Positions 1 through 13,412 of a stretch of DNA of 64,000 nt are shown piece after piece. This stretch comes from Trichosphaerium sp. ATCC 40318 (taxonomy: Eukaryota > Protista > Tubulinea), in the NCBI GenBank assembly GCA_038496445.1, contig JALMLS010000061.1, positions 1 to 64,000 of the forward strand, in the 5' to 3' direction. A model generated the notes under the pieces. That model had not been told where the DNA came from. It saw only the letters and a list, made by a program, of their open reading frames with translations, and did no database searches. Position 1 is the first letter of the stretch. Each line of letters starts with the position of its first letter. Position numbers and translations under genes: made by a program.

Positions 1-703
1 AACCATAAGTGAGTCCATTACGAGCTGTTTATAACGTTTTCAAGTGTATAGAGCCACCAAACCTCTATAGTTCTCGTTAGTAGTAAGAAACCAATCGCGC
101 ATACTCTTTTTGATGCTTGACATCATTTTTGACTACAAGTAAGTAATTATTTACATTGTGGGGTAATGCGACAGTATTGAATATCAGAGAACGCCTACAC
201 TTAGTATTGATCTGTCGCTCAGAACAAGTTGTAAGCGGTAATTAACGATAATAAATTCGGAGAGGTAAGAATGGATAGAGTGCCAACAAGATCATCATCA
301 AAACCGTCAACGCTATCATCTCCTAAAGTGCAGCGCTCTCATAGTGGCAAACGAAAGCCACAAAATGCCACCGCTTTGTCTAATGCCTTACATTCAACCA
401 GAAGGCATAAGTCATATCATATAGGCGAGTTACAGACCTAAGAGAAGTAAACATGCTAATATTATAATATAGGCGAGTCACCGTTAGCAAAACAGCGTGT
501 ACTACACTAAAATAAGTGATTTACAACCTAACGATTAAAAATAATAGGGCGCTTCTAAAACGGTGTATAAAAATGACAACATTGATGCTCTGTATCAACA
601 TATGATGTTTATGGACGCCTATGGGTTGGAAGTAGCTCGTAGACGTAGAGAACAAGTACGTTTCGTTTAACACCCAATTTAGATTCAAACCAAATGTCGC
701 CAT
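1..703 (-). CDS. Multi-exon putative membrane protein (3' end uncertain, may run off the window)
   Basis: ATG at 703 (MATFGLNLNWVLNET) is followed by a GTAC donor. Later short exons include hydrophobic EMIALTVLMMILLALYPFLPLR, and a clean GTATGC..CTAAC..TAG intron lies near 66-105. Confidence 0.4.
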
Positions 704-998
704 GTTGCGGCATGGAATTGTAGTTTTTGTTTGCAGGAGACCGCTATGGTTACGTTTTTGGACTATCGTTAACTTTTTGTTGCAGGAAGTAGCGAGACTC
801 GCTGGCAGGACACATTTGGATGAAGCAGTCAATTGCGTACACGCGTACGCTTTTTTGGTGGATTTTAAATATTTCACAGCAAAAACGGAAAAATACAGAA
901 AACCAAAAACCAAGCGTCTGTCACGCGCAAAAATAGTGAAGAACTGATTTTTAATCGTTTCCCAAAAATTAAAACAGTTTTTATTTGGCGGCCTCACA

Positions 999-2451
999 AT
1001 GTTTCGTTTCGCTCACATATTATGTAGTGGATTTCCTGGTACAATTTGGGCGGGTTTGAGAGGTACGTAGAATTTATTTGATTGTGACTTTGTTTCCCAC
1101 TAAAACGCTTGTAGATGGATCAATACAGGTTGTGCCTATACCAGACCAATCGGTACGTATTTCAACACTTAAGACAAAGTCTTTTAGGCCTCCTGGGCTT
1201 AGAATGCTGGATTTTTTGGTTTTTTAATTTGGCGTATTTATGCTGTTGTAGCATTCCCCAGACGGCCCTGATATGCCTATTATTAAAACTCTGAAAGGAC
1301 ATGATAAACGTGTCTATGCTATGCTTCATATAAAAGATACAATTTGGACTGGTGCCGAGGACTCTAAAATATTATTGTGGAATACTGTATGTTGTTTTGA
1401 AAACACATTTTTCGCGGTTAACTTTAAGATAGAAGCTTGAAGTGTATCAAACAATAACAGAGCATAAAGGTACTTATCGTCTATGTCATGTGATGTGTAG
1501 TTAAGTATGTATTTAGGCCTTATAAAGGCGATTATAAATGCATCTACAAAAGAATCAAGGCTGAGGGTTTTATCTGGTGATACTTCAGGATGTTTATGTA
1601 TATGGGAACCTGAGAAAAAGCCTTCTGCTGATGGCACAACATTTGCTTGTGTTGGTAAAGTTCAGATTATTGATCCTATTTGTAGTTTAGCTATTGACAC
1701 TAGTACGTTGAAGAGGACTTTTGATCTGTTTTATTTCGTTGCTGACATGTGTAAAAAATAGAATCAAAAAAGAATAAGAATCTTGCTTGGGTTGGTACTT
1801 ATATAAGCATATACTTGATAGACATCAAAGACAAGAAGGTTTATGCAAGTTTTAAAGGCCATTCAGGTATGAGGTTTGAGCGCTGTGGCTTAAGTACTGA
1901 TTTCTTTTTTTCAAAGCTATGGTACGCGGTATAGTCTTTATTAATGAGACGGAAGTATGGAGCAGTAGCTCTGATCAAATTGCAGTGTGGAATCCAGTAC
2001 GTTCTCTTGGTCATCTAAAACTATTTTATTCATTTACAGCGATTGTTGTGGATGTTAACATTGTTTTTTTTGTAGAAGAAGATTAAGAAAGGTCTCGATA
2101 AAGAGATTGAGCCGATTACTCGGTTAACACAGCATGAAGGTGCTGTTACATGTCTAGAACTAGTTAAAGTTGGTAATTATGAGCACGTATGGAGTGGTTC
2201 TTTTGATACATCAGTGCGACTTTGGTCTGCGAAGGTACTTTTTTTCTTTGTTTTTTCTCAGTTGGAGGCGTATTTCTGAATTTCTCTAGGATCGTACGGC
2301 GTTTGACAAATTAGATGCCCATCAAGATATGCTTATGGGACTTCACTTTGTGAAGGATAAGTCTGGCACTTTTGTTGTGAGTGCTTCTAGAGATAAGAAG
2401 CTGAATTATTGGCGATACCGTAATATTACAGTTAGTGATAACGAAAAGTGA
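999..2451 (+). CDS. WD40-repeat protein
   Basis: Spliced frame through about 8 GT-AG introns gives LKGHDKRVYAML..IWTGAEDSKILLWN, GHSAMVRGIV..VWSSSSDQIAVWN, HEGAVTCLELV..VWSGSFDTSVRLWS and VVSASRDKKLNYW. TGA at 2449-2451. Confidence 0.88.
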
Positions 2452-2631
2452 ATTTTGTAAATCTTACTTGTACATAAAAAAACCTGAAGACCAACAAGCT
2501 GTTAAACTGACCTTGACTCTTGTTAGACTGCTCTGACCGCGTCTCCTTTGTAGATGCTGAAGGAAACACAGCTAGCTGCCTTAATTGAAATTGTAGTTTC
2601 GTTTGAACACATTACATAGAAAGGGCGTTAT

Positions 2632-3799
2632 ATGAGTTACCCTACGCGTGATGATATTGAACATACAGAGGTAACTTCTTTTAGTAGAATGACAGGCTAA
2701 TGTGTCAAAGCTGGAGCTCAAAGAAGCTCAAGAGGAGGCGTGGGTACTTGTTAATCAGGTAAACGAAAAAGTAGCCAAAATTTGGGAAAAGATGACTGTA
2801 GAGCACCGAGACGTTAAAAAACGCAAGGTACGTAGCGCAGTAGCTATTGCATAATATCTGTTAACGAGTTGATCTCGTATCAGGCAAAACAACTGTTAAC
2901 ACGCGCCAAACATACATACGAGCAAATACAACGTTACCTGGACCAGTCAGAAAGTGTGATTGCTCTTAACACGTTACAGACTGAAAATGATCAACAAACA
3001 GGTACAGCACTTTTGCTATGAGCTAGAGGTTTCTATCGCACCAACCTTGATTAACTGTTTAACTGCTTTTGTGAAGGTCTTGATATCGACGGATTTGAGC
3101 TTATTAATGAGCCAGATGATCCAGTACCTATTAAAACAGTACAGAGATGGTGGCAGCGTTTATTACAAATAATAAGCGAGTTTTTTAAGGAGGTACATCA
3201 AGGGAGTCACTTTTGTTTAAAACTTTTATGTGACTTATTGCTTGATTCAAGGATGTTGCGCTTATGTTTGCTCCTGTTCGTCAATTTTTAACACAATTTG
3301 CGTCGTCACGTGATTCGATAGAGTCAAGGCTTATGGAAAAACAAGATGCTATTGTTGTAGAAGATGCGCTGGTGTCTTGTGAAAAGAGGTTGAAGCGACT
3401 GGAAGATACGATAAAAAGAAAAAATCCAAAACTGGCAAAAAGTGCAAAGTACGCTTGTATTTTTTGTGAGACACTACAGCTTATAATGCCATTAGAGAAC
3501 GATTTGATAAGGAATGGGATAAGTTATCTAGACACACAGATCATCCAGAAGTAGCAAAGTTTTGGTCAAAGGCAGCAATCACTTTGAGTCAATATGAAAG
3601 CGTTTTTTTAGCAAATGCAGAGAATTATGAACAAGAGAGAAGGGCACGCTTGGAAGCAGTTAAGGATAATGTGAGAAAAATGCAGATGGATGTAAGAAAA
3701 GCTAATGCTATTCTTGATGCAAGAATGGAAGCAGAGCTTGAGAAGCTTAAACATGAAGCAAATGAAGTAATCGAAAAAGTCGAGGACGCAAAAAAATGA
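2632..3799 (+). CDS. Coiled-coil hypothetical protein
   Basis: Exons joined by GT-AG introns (MSYPTRDDIEHTE|LELKEAQEEAW...). ORFs 3264-3554 and 3584-3799 are E/K/A-rich and heptad-like. Start is uncertain. Confidence 0.65.
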
Positions 3800-4011
3800 A
3801 AACTTGATTGAAGTCCTTGCTTTGTAAAAATAGCTGTACAAATAAAATTATACGTCGGAGACTAAAAGAAATTGCATCCAATGTTTACTAAGCGAAGAAA
3901 ATAGCAAATGCACTTTAAGTTAGTGCCGTTCGTTTTCAGTGAACTTTGCGACGAAATTAGGCTAACTTCTGTTTTTAACTTCTGTTCTACATAGCAATCT
4001 TGCGATTAGCC

Positions 4012-6582
4012 ATGCTAACAACACCTCTGATACACTATATTCACACATTAAACGAGAATAATCTATGGAAGTTGAGTTCTAAAAATCGTTGGACAAGGAA
4101 AACTTTAAAAGATGCCAACGATGTACCAAACGATGACGTACAGCATCTAGGCGTGGTTTTCAACAAACAACACTGCCAACGTTATGAAGCACAGTACTCT
4201 CGATTTACCTACAATAAAGAAGCACGGAGCATACCAGGGACGAAACTTCAAGCGCTCGAACGTTTTGTAAACCTCGTTTTTCTCGATTTGAGTCATATGT
4301 ACCTCACAAGCGTAGAATGGGACTTATTAAAGGTACGACCAATCTCAAACCTCCTGTCAGATGAATAATAATAATTTATCGCCAAATACCATTTTGAGTA
4401 CAGTAACCGCGTATACAATGATACTAACAGCGTCATAGCCGATGAAATCCCTCAAACGTTTGGATTTAAGCCAAAACAAGTTAACAGAGTTTGTACGTCA
4501 TTCTAGTCGCTATCTCGCTTCTAAATACCTCAAAGGAAGGCGTATGTGCCTTAACATCGCTTCAAGTACTTTGTGTTAATTCGAATAACGTCAAAAAGTG
4601 TCCAACAAGCATTGACAAACTGTTTAACCTCGAACGACTTGATTTACGTCAGAATGCTCTAAAAAGACTACCTTGTAAACTTGCTAGATGTAAGAACATA
4701 AACCAACTTACGTTATCAGATAATCCGTTAGAATTTCCTCCAAACAAGATCGTGCGCAGTGGTAAGTTAGGAGTTTTTCTCATTTTTTTCTAATATTCTT
4801 CTGTGAAACTTTGGCTCATCCTCTTACTAGGTACTTCTGCCGTTTTGGATTTTCTGTCTAGACACATAGCACGTGAGTTTTAATTATTGTTTATTCCCTT
4901 TGTTACACTAACATCCGACCTAAGCATCGGTTGTTATTGATCCCTCAACGCTTTCAAAGGATGTTAAAGCTTTTCAAAGTATGGACAATGAAAATATGGT
5001 AACTTTGAAAGGAAGTGATAGCGACGAGCTTATTAAAACACAAAAGGTTATGTGAAAACTACAATCGTGTTTGCTAAATGAATTACTAGTATTACCTTGA
5101 GGCTGCGTGCCCGATGCTTTTGAAGAACATCATTGGTAACGAAATTATTCTTGATACATCGTGCGATGTATTAAGCCAATATATATCATTCTTGCATGGT
5201 TGTACGTGCACTTTTTAAGTTGTTTAGTAGCAGAAGCTAAAAGTAACACTTAGCTGATTTGAAGCTCTCAAAAGAAAACGCACATGAAAAGCTTCTCTTC
5301 TCAAAAGGTACGCAAGAAAATCATTGGTTTGTTTTTGATTGTTATGTTAGAGTATCTACCTTTTGATGACGAATCCGAGTATCAAAATAAATATGAAGAA
5401 AGAGTGTACAATAGTAAGGTACTTACCTTCTTTGATTTCAAGATGTACATCCTAACTCAATTGTCAAGAAATTAATCAAAGAAACGCTTGAGAATATGCA
5501 CAATATAAACTTGATCATGGAAGGTATGGTACCATCGCCACCGCCTCTTCCCGGTCAACCAAATATGGCCGCAGATGATGCACCTCAACCTCCGCCAGCA
5601 CCACCACTCCCAGGCAATGCACCTCCTCCACCACCGCCACCACCTGGCGTAGCAGTACCTCCACCACCGCCTCCTCCACCTGGCATAGCAGGACCACCAC
5701 CTCCACCGCCACCGCCTCCTATTCTTCCTCATTTGAGAATTGGGCCTTTTATACCTCGTCCAAAACCTTTTCGTTTAGTTCCACCACCTAAACGAACTGT
5801 GAATCAGTCTTCAAAACATATCATCCATGCATCACCATTTGTTTATTGTGCAATGAAGAAATTGTTTATTTGTGATGATGGAAAAGATATTGTATTCACT
5901 TTTCCTGGAACAAATGATACACTAAGAGCACATAAAGCTATCCTCATCATGAGATGTGAGCACTATAAGATACTCTTTGATGGTCCGTTTAAGGACTCTG
6001 GCTCAGAAAGTAAGGAACATCGAAATATCTTCGTGTGTTAATATCTTGTTTAGTTGTTGTTCCTGATATTGCTTTTCCTATCTTCAAGATAATTTTAGAG
6101 TTTTTATACACAGACGAAGCAAAAATAGATCCTGATGATGCCGTTGAAGTTCTTCTTGCTGCGAACCAATTCAGACTTTTAAGGTTCGAATAACACTCAA
6201 TTCTCATTTTTTTCTAACTTGACATCAGACTCCAACAACTAGCCGAAGATGTGATTTCTGAATATATTGATGAAGACAACGCTGCAGGTACTACGAATAA
6301 CAAGATATAATAGTACTTCTTTATTAACATGTTGATAATATAGGGTTATTTGAGTTGACAGATAGATTGTACATTACACAACTTCGAAAACATTGTCAGA
6401 TATTTCTTTATAATAATCTTGAACTTGTAAAGTCTACTGTTGACTTGAAAGATTATTTACCTGAAGAATTGGAAAAAGAAGTAACTGGTCATGATGCATC
6501 AGAGAATATAGAAAACGAGCGTAAAAAATCAATATCAAATGTTAAGGAAAAGTTGCTTGCTATGATAGCCGTAAAACAATAA
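4012..6582 (+). CDS. LRR + polyproline + BTB/BACK protein
   Basis: LRRs (LVFLDLSHMYLT, LQVLCVNSNNVK, LERLDLRQNALKRLP, LTLSDNPLEFPP), a degenerate BTB-like segment near 4990-5200, poly-Pro at 5530-5720, BTB (DIVFTF..LRAHKAILIMRCEHYKILF..FKIILEFLYTD) and BACK-like helices. Confidence 0.85.
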
Positions 6583-6799
6583 GTTTACAAACATAAACCC
6601 TCTGTACATTGTAAATAAAGTAGATAGGTTAGAGTAAACAAAAGAGTCTTCGTGAAGCAGTTGAAAGAATGATAGTAATTGAGCTATTTGTAGAAAAGAA
6701 AGTGTTGCCATGAATGGCATGCTTTCTGAAAGAGAAATTAAGCAGTTTGGGGACTATCCTTTATTGTGTTAATGCGTCTGTCTAGTTCAACATGATTTA

Positions 6800-7894
6800 C
6801 TAATTAAGACAATACAACAATGCCAAAAAGTTGAAAACCATAAAACAAATAGAATTCAAGCTATTCGAAGAAGATGTTGTGGTTGTAGCTACACGTGTAC
6901 TTGGTGGTTGTATTGGTGCCTGTGTCACAACAACTTGAGTGGTTGGTGTGGCTGTGGTTGGTTGTACTGTTGTTAGTGATATTGGAAACGTTGGAACAGA
7001 AGTTGGTGGCAGTGTCGTTGGAAGTAGCGTTGGAGGTTGCGTTGTTGGTTGAGCTGTAGGAGATTGTGTTGTTGGTGGAGTAGTTGGAGTCTGTGTCATC
7101 GGAGGTTGCGTTGTTGGAGGAAGTGTTGTTGGAGGAAGTGTTATTGGAGACAGTGTAGGAGGTAATGTTGTTGGAGGTAGTGATGTAGGTGGAAGAGTTG
7201 TTGAAGGTAATGTTGTTGGAGGTTGCGTTGATGGAATTGGTATCCTGAAAAATGCAAAGTGTGTTTTTACGCCACCAGATTGTGGTGGAACTACGAAACT
7301 AAAATGCCAAAATGGTAGTATAAAATAAAAGCAATTTATGCTCGAACATACGTGAATGAGGTTGAATTGAATGCGAAATTAGTTATAGGGTTTGAAAAAG
7401 CTTGAGAAAATATTGAAAATCCTTGAAGTACAGTTAGCAGTTACACTTTGGTAAATTGTTTTGCTTGTATACCTCCTATAACTGGTTGGTCCATCAAACA
7501 CTCTACTATGAACTCAGGCGTCTGGTCAGTTGTGAAGGTAGCAAAGCTGTGTACCAGCGAACTACTGGAGAAATCAAATGTGTCGCCACTGAGCAAAAGT
7601 AGCAGAATACTCTATTACAGCTGTTGTAGAATTAACAATAAAGTTGGGGTTGTTTGGTTCACTAGAATTAGGTCCTAAAATATCTGGGCCAGATGCAATT
7701 CTTATTGTATATATTCCTGAATCGCCTTCACCTACATGGAGAAGTTAATGAAAAGTTACCAAAACACAGTGTTGCTATGCTGCTCTTCTTCTTTTCAAGC
7801 GTGCCAAAATACAGCTTCTCTATCTATAGCAAGTACGTACTTAGAGAAAGCGCCAAGGTGAATAGAGTACATAAACATAGAAGTGCTTTAACAT
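6800..7894 (-). pseudogene. Frameshifted inverted paralog of the mucin-like surface protein gene at 9305-10528
   Basis: ATGTTAAAGCAC versus ATGATTAAAGCAC in the paralog is a 1-nt loss that puts TAA at the end of exon 1. A second frameshift lies in the T-run near 7595-7598. The mucin exon and hydrophobic tail are intact. Confidence 0.72.
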
Positions 7895-9304
7895 TGTGAG
7901 AAAATAATAATAATAGATAGCTTAACCCGTGATACTTGACAAAAATAGCAATAGGATTAACACTGTGTTTTGTTTTGTGTTTTTTCCGTGTTAAAATAAT
8001 GGAATTAGTTGATCATCGCTAATATGGTTCTCTGATTATGTGACGTCGTTTTCGTTTAGGCGAATGCCAAAATTCGTATTGACTTAACGTTCCCGACTTA
8101 TTGGACTTTTGTGCTTCTCAAAACCGCTTCTTATTTAGCTACACAATACCGTGGTTGCTTATTTTTTACTTTTACCTTTCATTTGTTTTGTTCCCAAGTT
8201 TTGTACTTCTAGACTACTAAACGAAGACAACTGTGAGGAATTTAGTAGCATGGCAAAAGCTAACGTTGCTATGACCAACTGGAGGCAATTCGCGAAATAG
8301 AAGTGGCGTTCGAATTTTGTGTTCGAGAGCGACCGCCTACCGGCTTTGATTAAAACGAACAGGCTTTCTACTCGCTTGCATCTTGTTGAGCCATTTAGCG
8401 TTTCGATGTTCATTTTTTTTTGCAGTTTTCACAAGCTAGATTACGTATGCGTTCCACACACGCTTATCTCTACAAGTAGAAAAAGCTCCATTTAGGTGGG
8501 AGCAGAAGTTATATACATTGTACAGCAGTTAATGGCTGAAAAAACAGTTTGCTCTCTAAAATCGAACAACAATACTCTGTACACCGTTAATTACGCGTAG
8601 AGGGAGTGTGGGTGTGCACAAAACGCCGTTTAAAACAAAAAGGGCCCCTTTTGCTTAAAACTCTACAGCTGGCGCTCTAATTGTTATAGTAGTACTCTAT
8701 GCGCATAGTAGTAGTGCATAAAGTATAGACTCGTTCTCGTTAAACAGGTCATTGTTTCGGTAAGAAGCTTTCAGTAAAACTGTGTTCCCGCTAAATTATG
8801 TCTCCAAATAATCGTGCGACTTTTCACAAGCGCTTACAGACATACAAGATGAAATGATTTGATCACAAAAAACACCAAAAATCATGAAATTTCAGAATAT
8901 ACTTATGCTTTATTGAAGTGGTCCCTCAATGCCATTACATGTCCTAACCAGAGTAGCCGCATTAGAGTACTGTGCTAAGTTAGGCATATTTTGACTTCTA
9001 TAATAGACGTTATTAAGAGTGCACTAATATTTGACACTGGACACATTAGGTGTCACGAGCGTGATATTAAACTGTTGCCAAAAATAGACAAATCTCCAAA
9101 GTTTGGTGCTACCCGAAAAACCAAGAAAGTTCAAAAGTGCAAGTTGTTGTATAGTTGGTGAATGGACTTACAGGATGGAATTATTGCAACAATAGTTAGT
9201 GTATTTATAACTTTTAAGTGTTTTACAAACAAATTAATTTAAAGCCGTTGCTATTTTTGTCAATTGTAACTAACTAAGCTATCTATTATTATCATTTTCT
9301 CACA

Positions 9305-10528
9305 ATGATTAAAGCACTTCTATGTTTATGTACTCTATTCACCTTGGCGCTTTCTTTAAGTACGTACTTGCCATAGATAGAGAAGGTGTATTTTGGCACG
9401 CCTGAAAAAAAGAAGAGCAGCAACACTGTGTTTTGGTAACTTTTCATTAACTTCTCCATGTAGGTGAAGGCGATTCAGGAATATGTACAATAAAAGTTCC
9501 GGATTTTGGTAACTTAGATATTGCAGCTGATTCTAGTGAACCAAACAACCCCAACTTCATTGTTTCTGATGCAGCTACAGAGTATATAGTAGATTATCCG
9601 CAAAATGAGCACAGACTTGATATTAACGCAAATTCGGCTCGATACGACCTTATCGGAAGTGGCCAAACTGTAGCTCTTGTAATAGAGTGTGTAATGGATC
9701 AACCAGTTATAGGAGGTATCAAACTACAAACATCTTATTTTTAGCACTTGTTTAGCCAAAGTATTCTAACATTTCTTTTAGGAATTACTTTAGTTTCACA
9801 TAATTATACAAACGCTCCAAATTCTTTCAATTTCACTGCAACGTCATTCACGTACGTTCGATTAGTAACGTCCTTTAATTTATATTAAGTTTTTGCGTTG
9901 TAGTTTCACAATTGCGGCGCAGTCGCCAGTAACTACCCGCCTGGCTACTGTAAGTTTTCAGATAGCTACTTTGGTTCCAACGACATTGCCTCCACCTCCA
10001 ACAACGCTACCTCCAACAACACTTCCTCCAACGACACTACCTCCAACTACGCTACCTCCAACAACATTACCACCTACAACGCTCCCTCCAACAACACTTC
10101 CTCCAACAACATTACCTCCAACGACATTACCACCAACAACACTACCTCCAACAACATTACCTCCAACAACGCTCCCTCCAACGACATTACCACCTACAAC
10201 ACTTCCTCCAACAACACTTCCTCCAACACTACCGCCTACAACACTATCACCAACAACGTTTCCTCCTAAACCATCTTTGCCAACAACACAACCTCCTACA
10301 ACACTGGCACCAGCTTCTTCTCCAACGTTTCCAATATCAATAATAACAGTACAACCAACAACAGCAACGCCAACAGCAACACCAACAGCTACTCCAACCA
10401 ATCAAGGTGTTATGACACAAGCACCAATAATACAAGCATCACCTGTAGCCTCTTCATCCAATAAGCTAATTTCTATGTATTTTATGGTGTTCAACTTTTT
10501 GGCATTGTTGTGTTGTCTTTATTTGTAA
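9305..10528 (+). CDS. Secreted mucin-like, probably GPI-anchored surface protein
   Basis: Signal peptide MIKALLCLCTLFTLALSL, three GT-AG introns, a globular domain of about 130 aa, a (TLPPT)n stalk, then SSSN and a hydrophobic C-terminus. Confidence 0.85.
9978..10260 (+). repeat. 15-bp coding tandem repeat encoding TLPPT (about 17 units)
   Basis: Units such as ACAACACTTCCTCCA and ACGACATTACCACCA; translation PPTTLPPTTL... Confidence 0.95.
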
Positions 10529-10825
10529 ATCATCTTGTACTAGACACTGTGAAAGAAACGCACTAACACAATAAAGATTATTTACTGCTTTTTTACTATG
10601 GTTTTTATTTCTCATTGTTGCTGCACTAGATCACCTTTTCTGAAACTATGTCAATTTAATCTGTACAAGCATGTGTAAACCAGTGTAAGGTATTAGTATA
10701 GCATAATAGTATTAGAGTATAGGAGACAACTACTGGAACTTTGAGTACGACAACAGAACTGCTAACAATGTACAAAATAAAATAATGGTTAAAACACGTG
10801 TCGCAATAATATGTTGTAGTTTTTA

Positions 10826-10922
10826 ACAGATCTTGCAAGAAATAACAAGATCTTGTAAGAACTAACAGAAGTTTGTCAGATCTGACTAAACTCGAAAAAA
10901 GTTACAAAGTTTTGCAAACTTG
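10826..10922. repeat. Degenerate ~21-bp tandem/palindromic repeat
   Basis: ACAGATCTTGCAAGAAATA, ACAAGATCTTGTAAGAACTA, ACAGAAGTTTGTCAGATCTGA; perfect palindrome GTCAGATCTGAC at 10875-10886. Confidence 0.6.
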
Positions 10923-11028
10923 TATGATACGGACAATAAGGCCTAAGGTGCCGCACTGTTAAACTTTATTAAATTTTCTGTGATACAATAGCAGTGAAGC
11001 TAGTCTTAAACCCCAACTATTTAGTGTT

Positions 11029-13093
11029 TTATCTCCTATCTCTTGTAACAGCATCACCGTTCTGATGCCATTCTTTACATTTAGCTACTTCCATTCCATC
11101 TCTAAACTTGTATTCACGATATAACTGACCATTCTTATACCATTCTTTACATACACCGTCTTCTTGTCCTTCGTTGAAGAAATAGTGAGAGCTTAAACTT
11201 CCATTTTGATACCACTCTTTACTTTCACCTTCTTCTTTACCTTCGTTATAAAAATAGTGGTGATGAATTTGACCATCATTAAACCACTCCTTGTGCTCAC
11301 CTTCGCGTTTACCATCCTTATAAAAACAGTGTATGTACAATAAACCATTATCATGCCACTCTTTTACTTCACCTTCATACTCACCATCCTTGAAAAAACA
11401 TTGAAACTTTAATTCTCCGTTTTGATACCAACCTTTAGCTTCGCCTTCTTTCTTTCCGTTTATGAAACATATCTGGGACTCTACTACTCCATTTTTATGA
11501 AACTCCTTCCATTCACCTTCCATTTTACCACCTTTAAAGTGATGGAGGGACTTTAGTGAGCCGTCGAAATGCCACTGTTTGCATTCACCTTCTTCCTTTC
11601 CATCTTTGAAAACATATTGACTTCGTAGTTCTCCGTTCTCATGCCACTCGTTCATTTCACCTTCTTTCTTACCATCTGTGTAACAACCTTGTTTTCGCAA
11701 CTTTCCATTGTTATACCATTTCTTGAGTTCACCGTCTCTCATGCCATCCTTGTAACAACTCTGTAATTCCAATTGACCATTGTTGTGCCATTTTTTAAAG
11801 TACTCTTTACTGCCATTGAAATACTCTTGTGTATGTAACTGTCCATTATGGTACCACGTTTTAACTTCACCTTCTTTCCTTCCAACCTTTATGAAACTGT
11901 GTAATTTCAACTGACCGTTTTCATACCACTCTTTAATGTCACCTTCTTTCTTACCATCTATGAAACAGTGTTGTAAATGTATCTGTCCATTCTTGTGCCA
12001 TTTTTTAAAGTCACCTTCTTTCTTTCCGCCTTTGAAAGTTCCTTGTGTTTGTAACTGTCCGTTATCGTACCACTTTTTATAATCACCTTCTTTCTTGCCA
12101 TCTTTGTAATGACTTTGAACTCCTAGCTTACCATTCTCATAAAACGTTTTATTTTCACCTTCTAACTTACCACCCTTGTAAAAACTTTGTTTTTCTATTT
12201 GTCCGTTCATGTGCCACTTACTAAACTCGCCTTCTTCCAAACCGTTCTTATAGAATCCCAGAGAATATAGCTGACCACTGTCACTGTCATACCATTTCTT
12301 AGCTTCACCTTCCTTCTTACCATTCTTGAAAAATTCTTTCTTCTCTAATCGCCCACTCTTAAACCACCTCTTTGATTCGCCTTCTTTAATACCATCTTTT
12401 ACATTACCTTGGAATTCAAGCTTACCGTTTGAATACCACCCTCTTACTTCGCCTTGCTTCTTCCTATCTTTAAACCACCACTTGAACTGTAGTTGACCGT
12501 TGGAATGCCATCTTTGAAAAAGATCTTGTCCTTCTTTATTTGCATTCTTGGTAACTCTTGACTTCAACTTTCCTTTCCCATACCACTCTTCTATCTTTTC
12601 TTTCTTTTCTCGCTTCTTTTGCTTCTCTTGCTTCTCTTGCTTCTCTTGCGACTTTTCTCCATTATCAACGAGGCCACCCTTGTTCAGATTTTGAGTATTG
12701 AGCTTGTTGCTGACTTTTTCTGGCTTCTATTGTAATGGTCAATACAAGAATGTTGGAATAGCGTTGTTTTGTGTTGCGTCAAATCGTGTGTACCGTTCTT
12801 ACCTTTACAATTTGTTCAATAGCAGCGTTAGTTGAGAAAAACCTGACAGGTATTTTCAATGCCGTTTTACGCCGATTTTGATGGGAATATTCGCGTTCCG
12901 AGCGAAATAACGCTGTTTTAACAGAATGGTACCTGACATGACGTGTATAATGTATGTTTTGTTGCGCTAGCGCCGTTGTAGCCCTTTTGGGAGCGAAAGA
13001 AGCTGTTTGATGTGCATGGAATCGGGAAACCAACAATACCGCTAAACAGCTTTTATTACAACGAAGTCTGCTTATTGACGCACGGTGGAACAT
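11029..13093 (-). CDS. MORN-variant (YwqK-like) repeat protein with putative mitochondrial presequence
   Basis: About 21 repeats of 24 aa, consensus GxKEGExKxWYxNGQL. The reading frame is open back to an acceptor at 12727-12728. A phase-0 intron (donor 12802 or 12793) joins ORF 12779-13093 (MFHRASISRLR...PVRFFSTN). Confidence 0.85.
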
Positions 13094-13412
13094 CTAAAAG
13101 AGCGTACGACCTGTGTACCGATTATTCGCGTGACTGTTTTAACTTATTCCACCTGCAATTAAGTGGGAACAACACTATTGTCCGCATTTCAGTTGTGTAG
13201 CACGGCACTATATCCATAACTGTTCTTAAAAACAGTTAATATTCGGTCGAGAAGAACGAAACTTGAAAATCACGTGACAGGGCGAGAAGATGACGCAATA
13301 CCTTCATCAAAAATTACTTGATTTCACAGACTATTCACGTGTTGGTTTATTACGCGCAAGATCATAAACTAATTAACCACATACTTAAAGCAACAGCTCT
13401 TCACACATCGTC

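Noticed and set aside
5496-6041. Formin or WASP call from polyproline
   Set aside because: It is followed by BTB, not FH2 or WH2-acidic domains.
9958-10401. VVGG-repeat ORF on the minus strand (likewise 5472-5732, 5515-5712 and 54531-55070)
   Set aside because: These are antisense shadows of repetitive coding exons, with no independent start, splice or domain evidence.
10826-10922. CRISPR-like array
   Set aside because: Only 2-3 degenerate adjacent units, with no spacers, no cas genes and a eukaryotic context.
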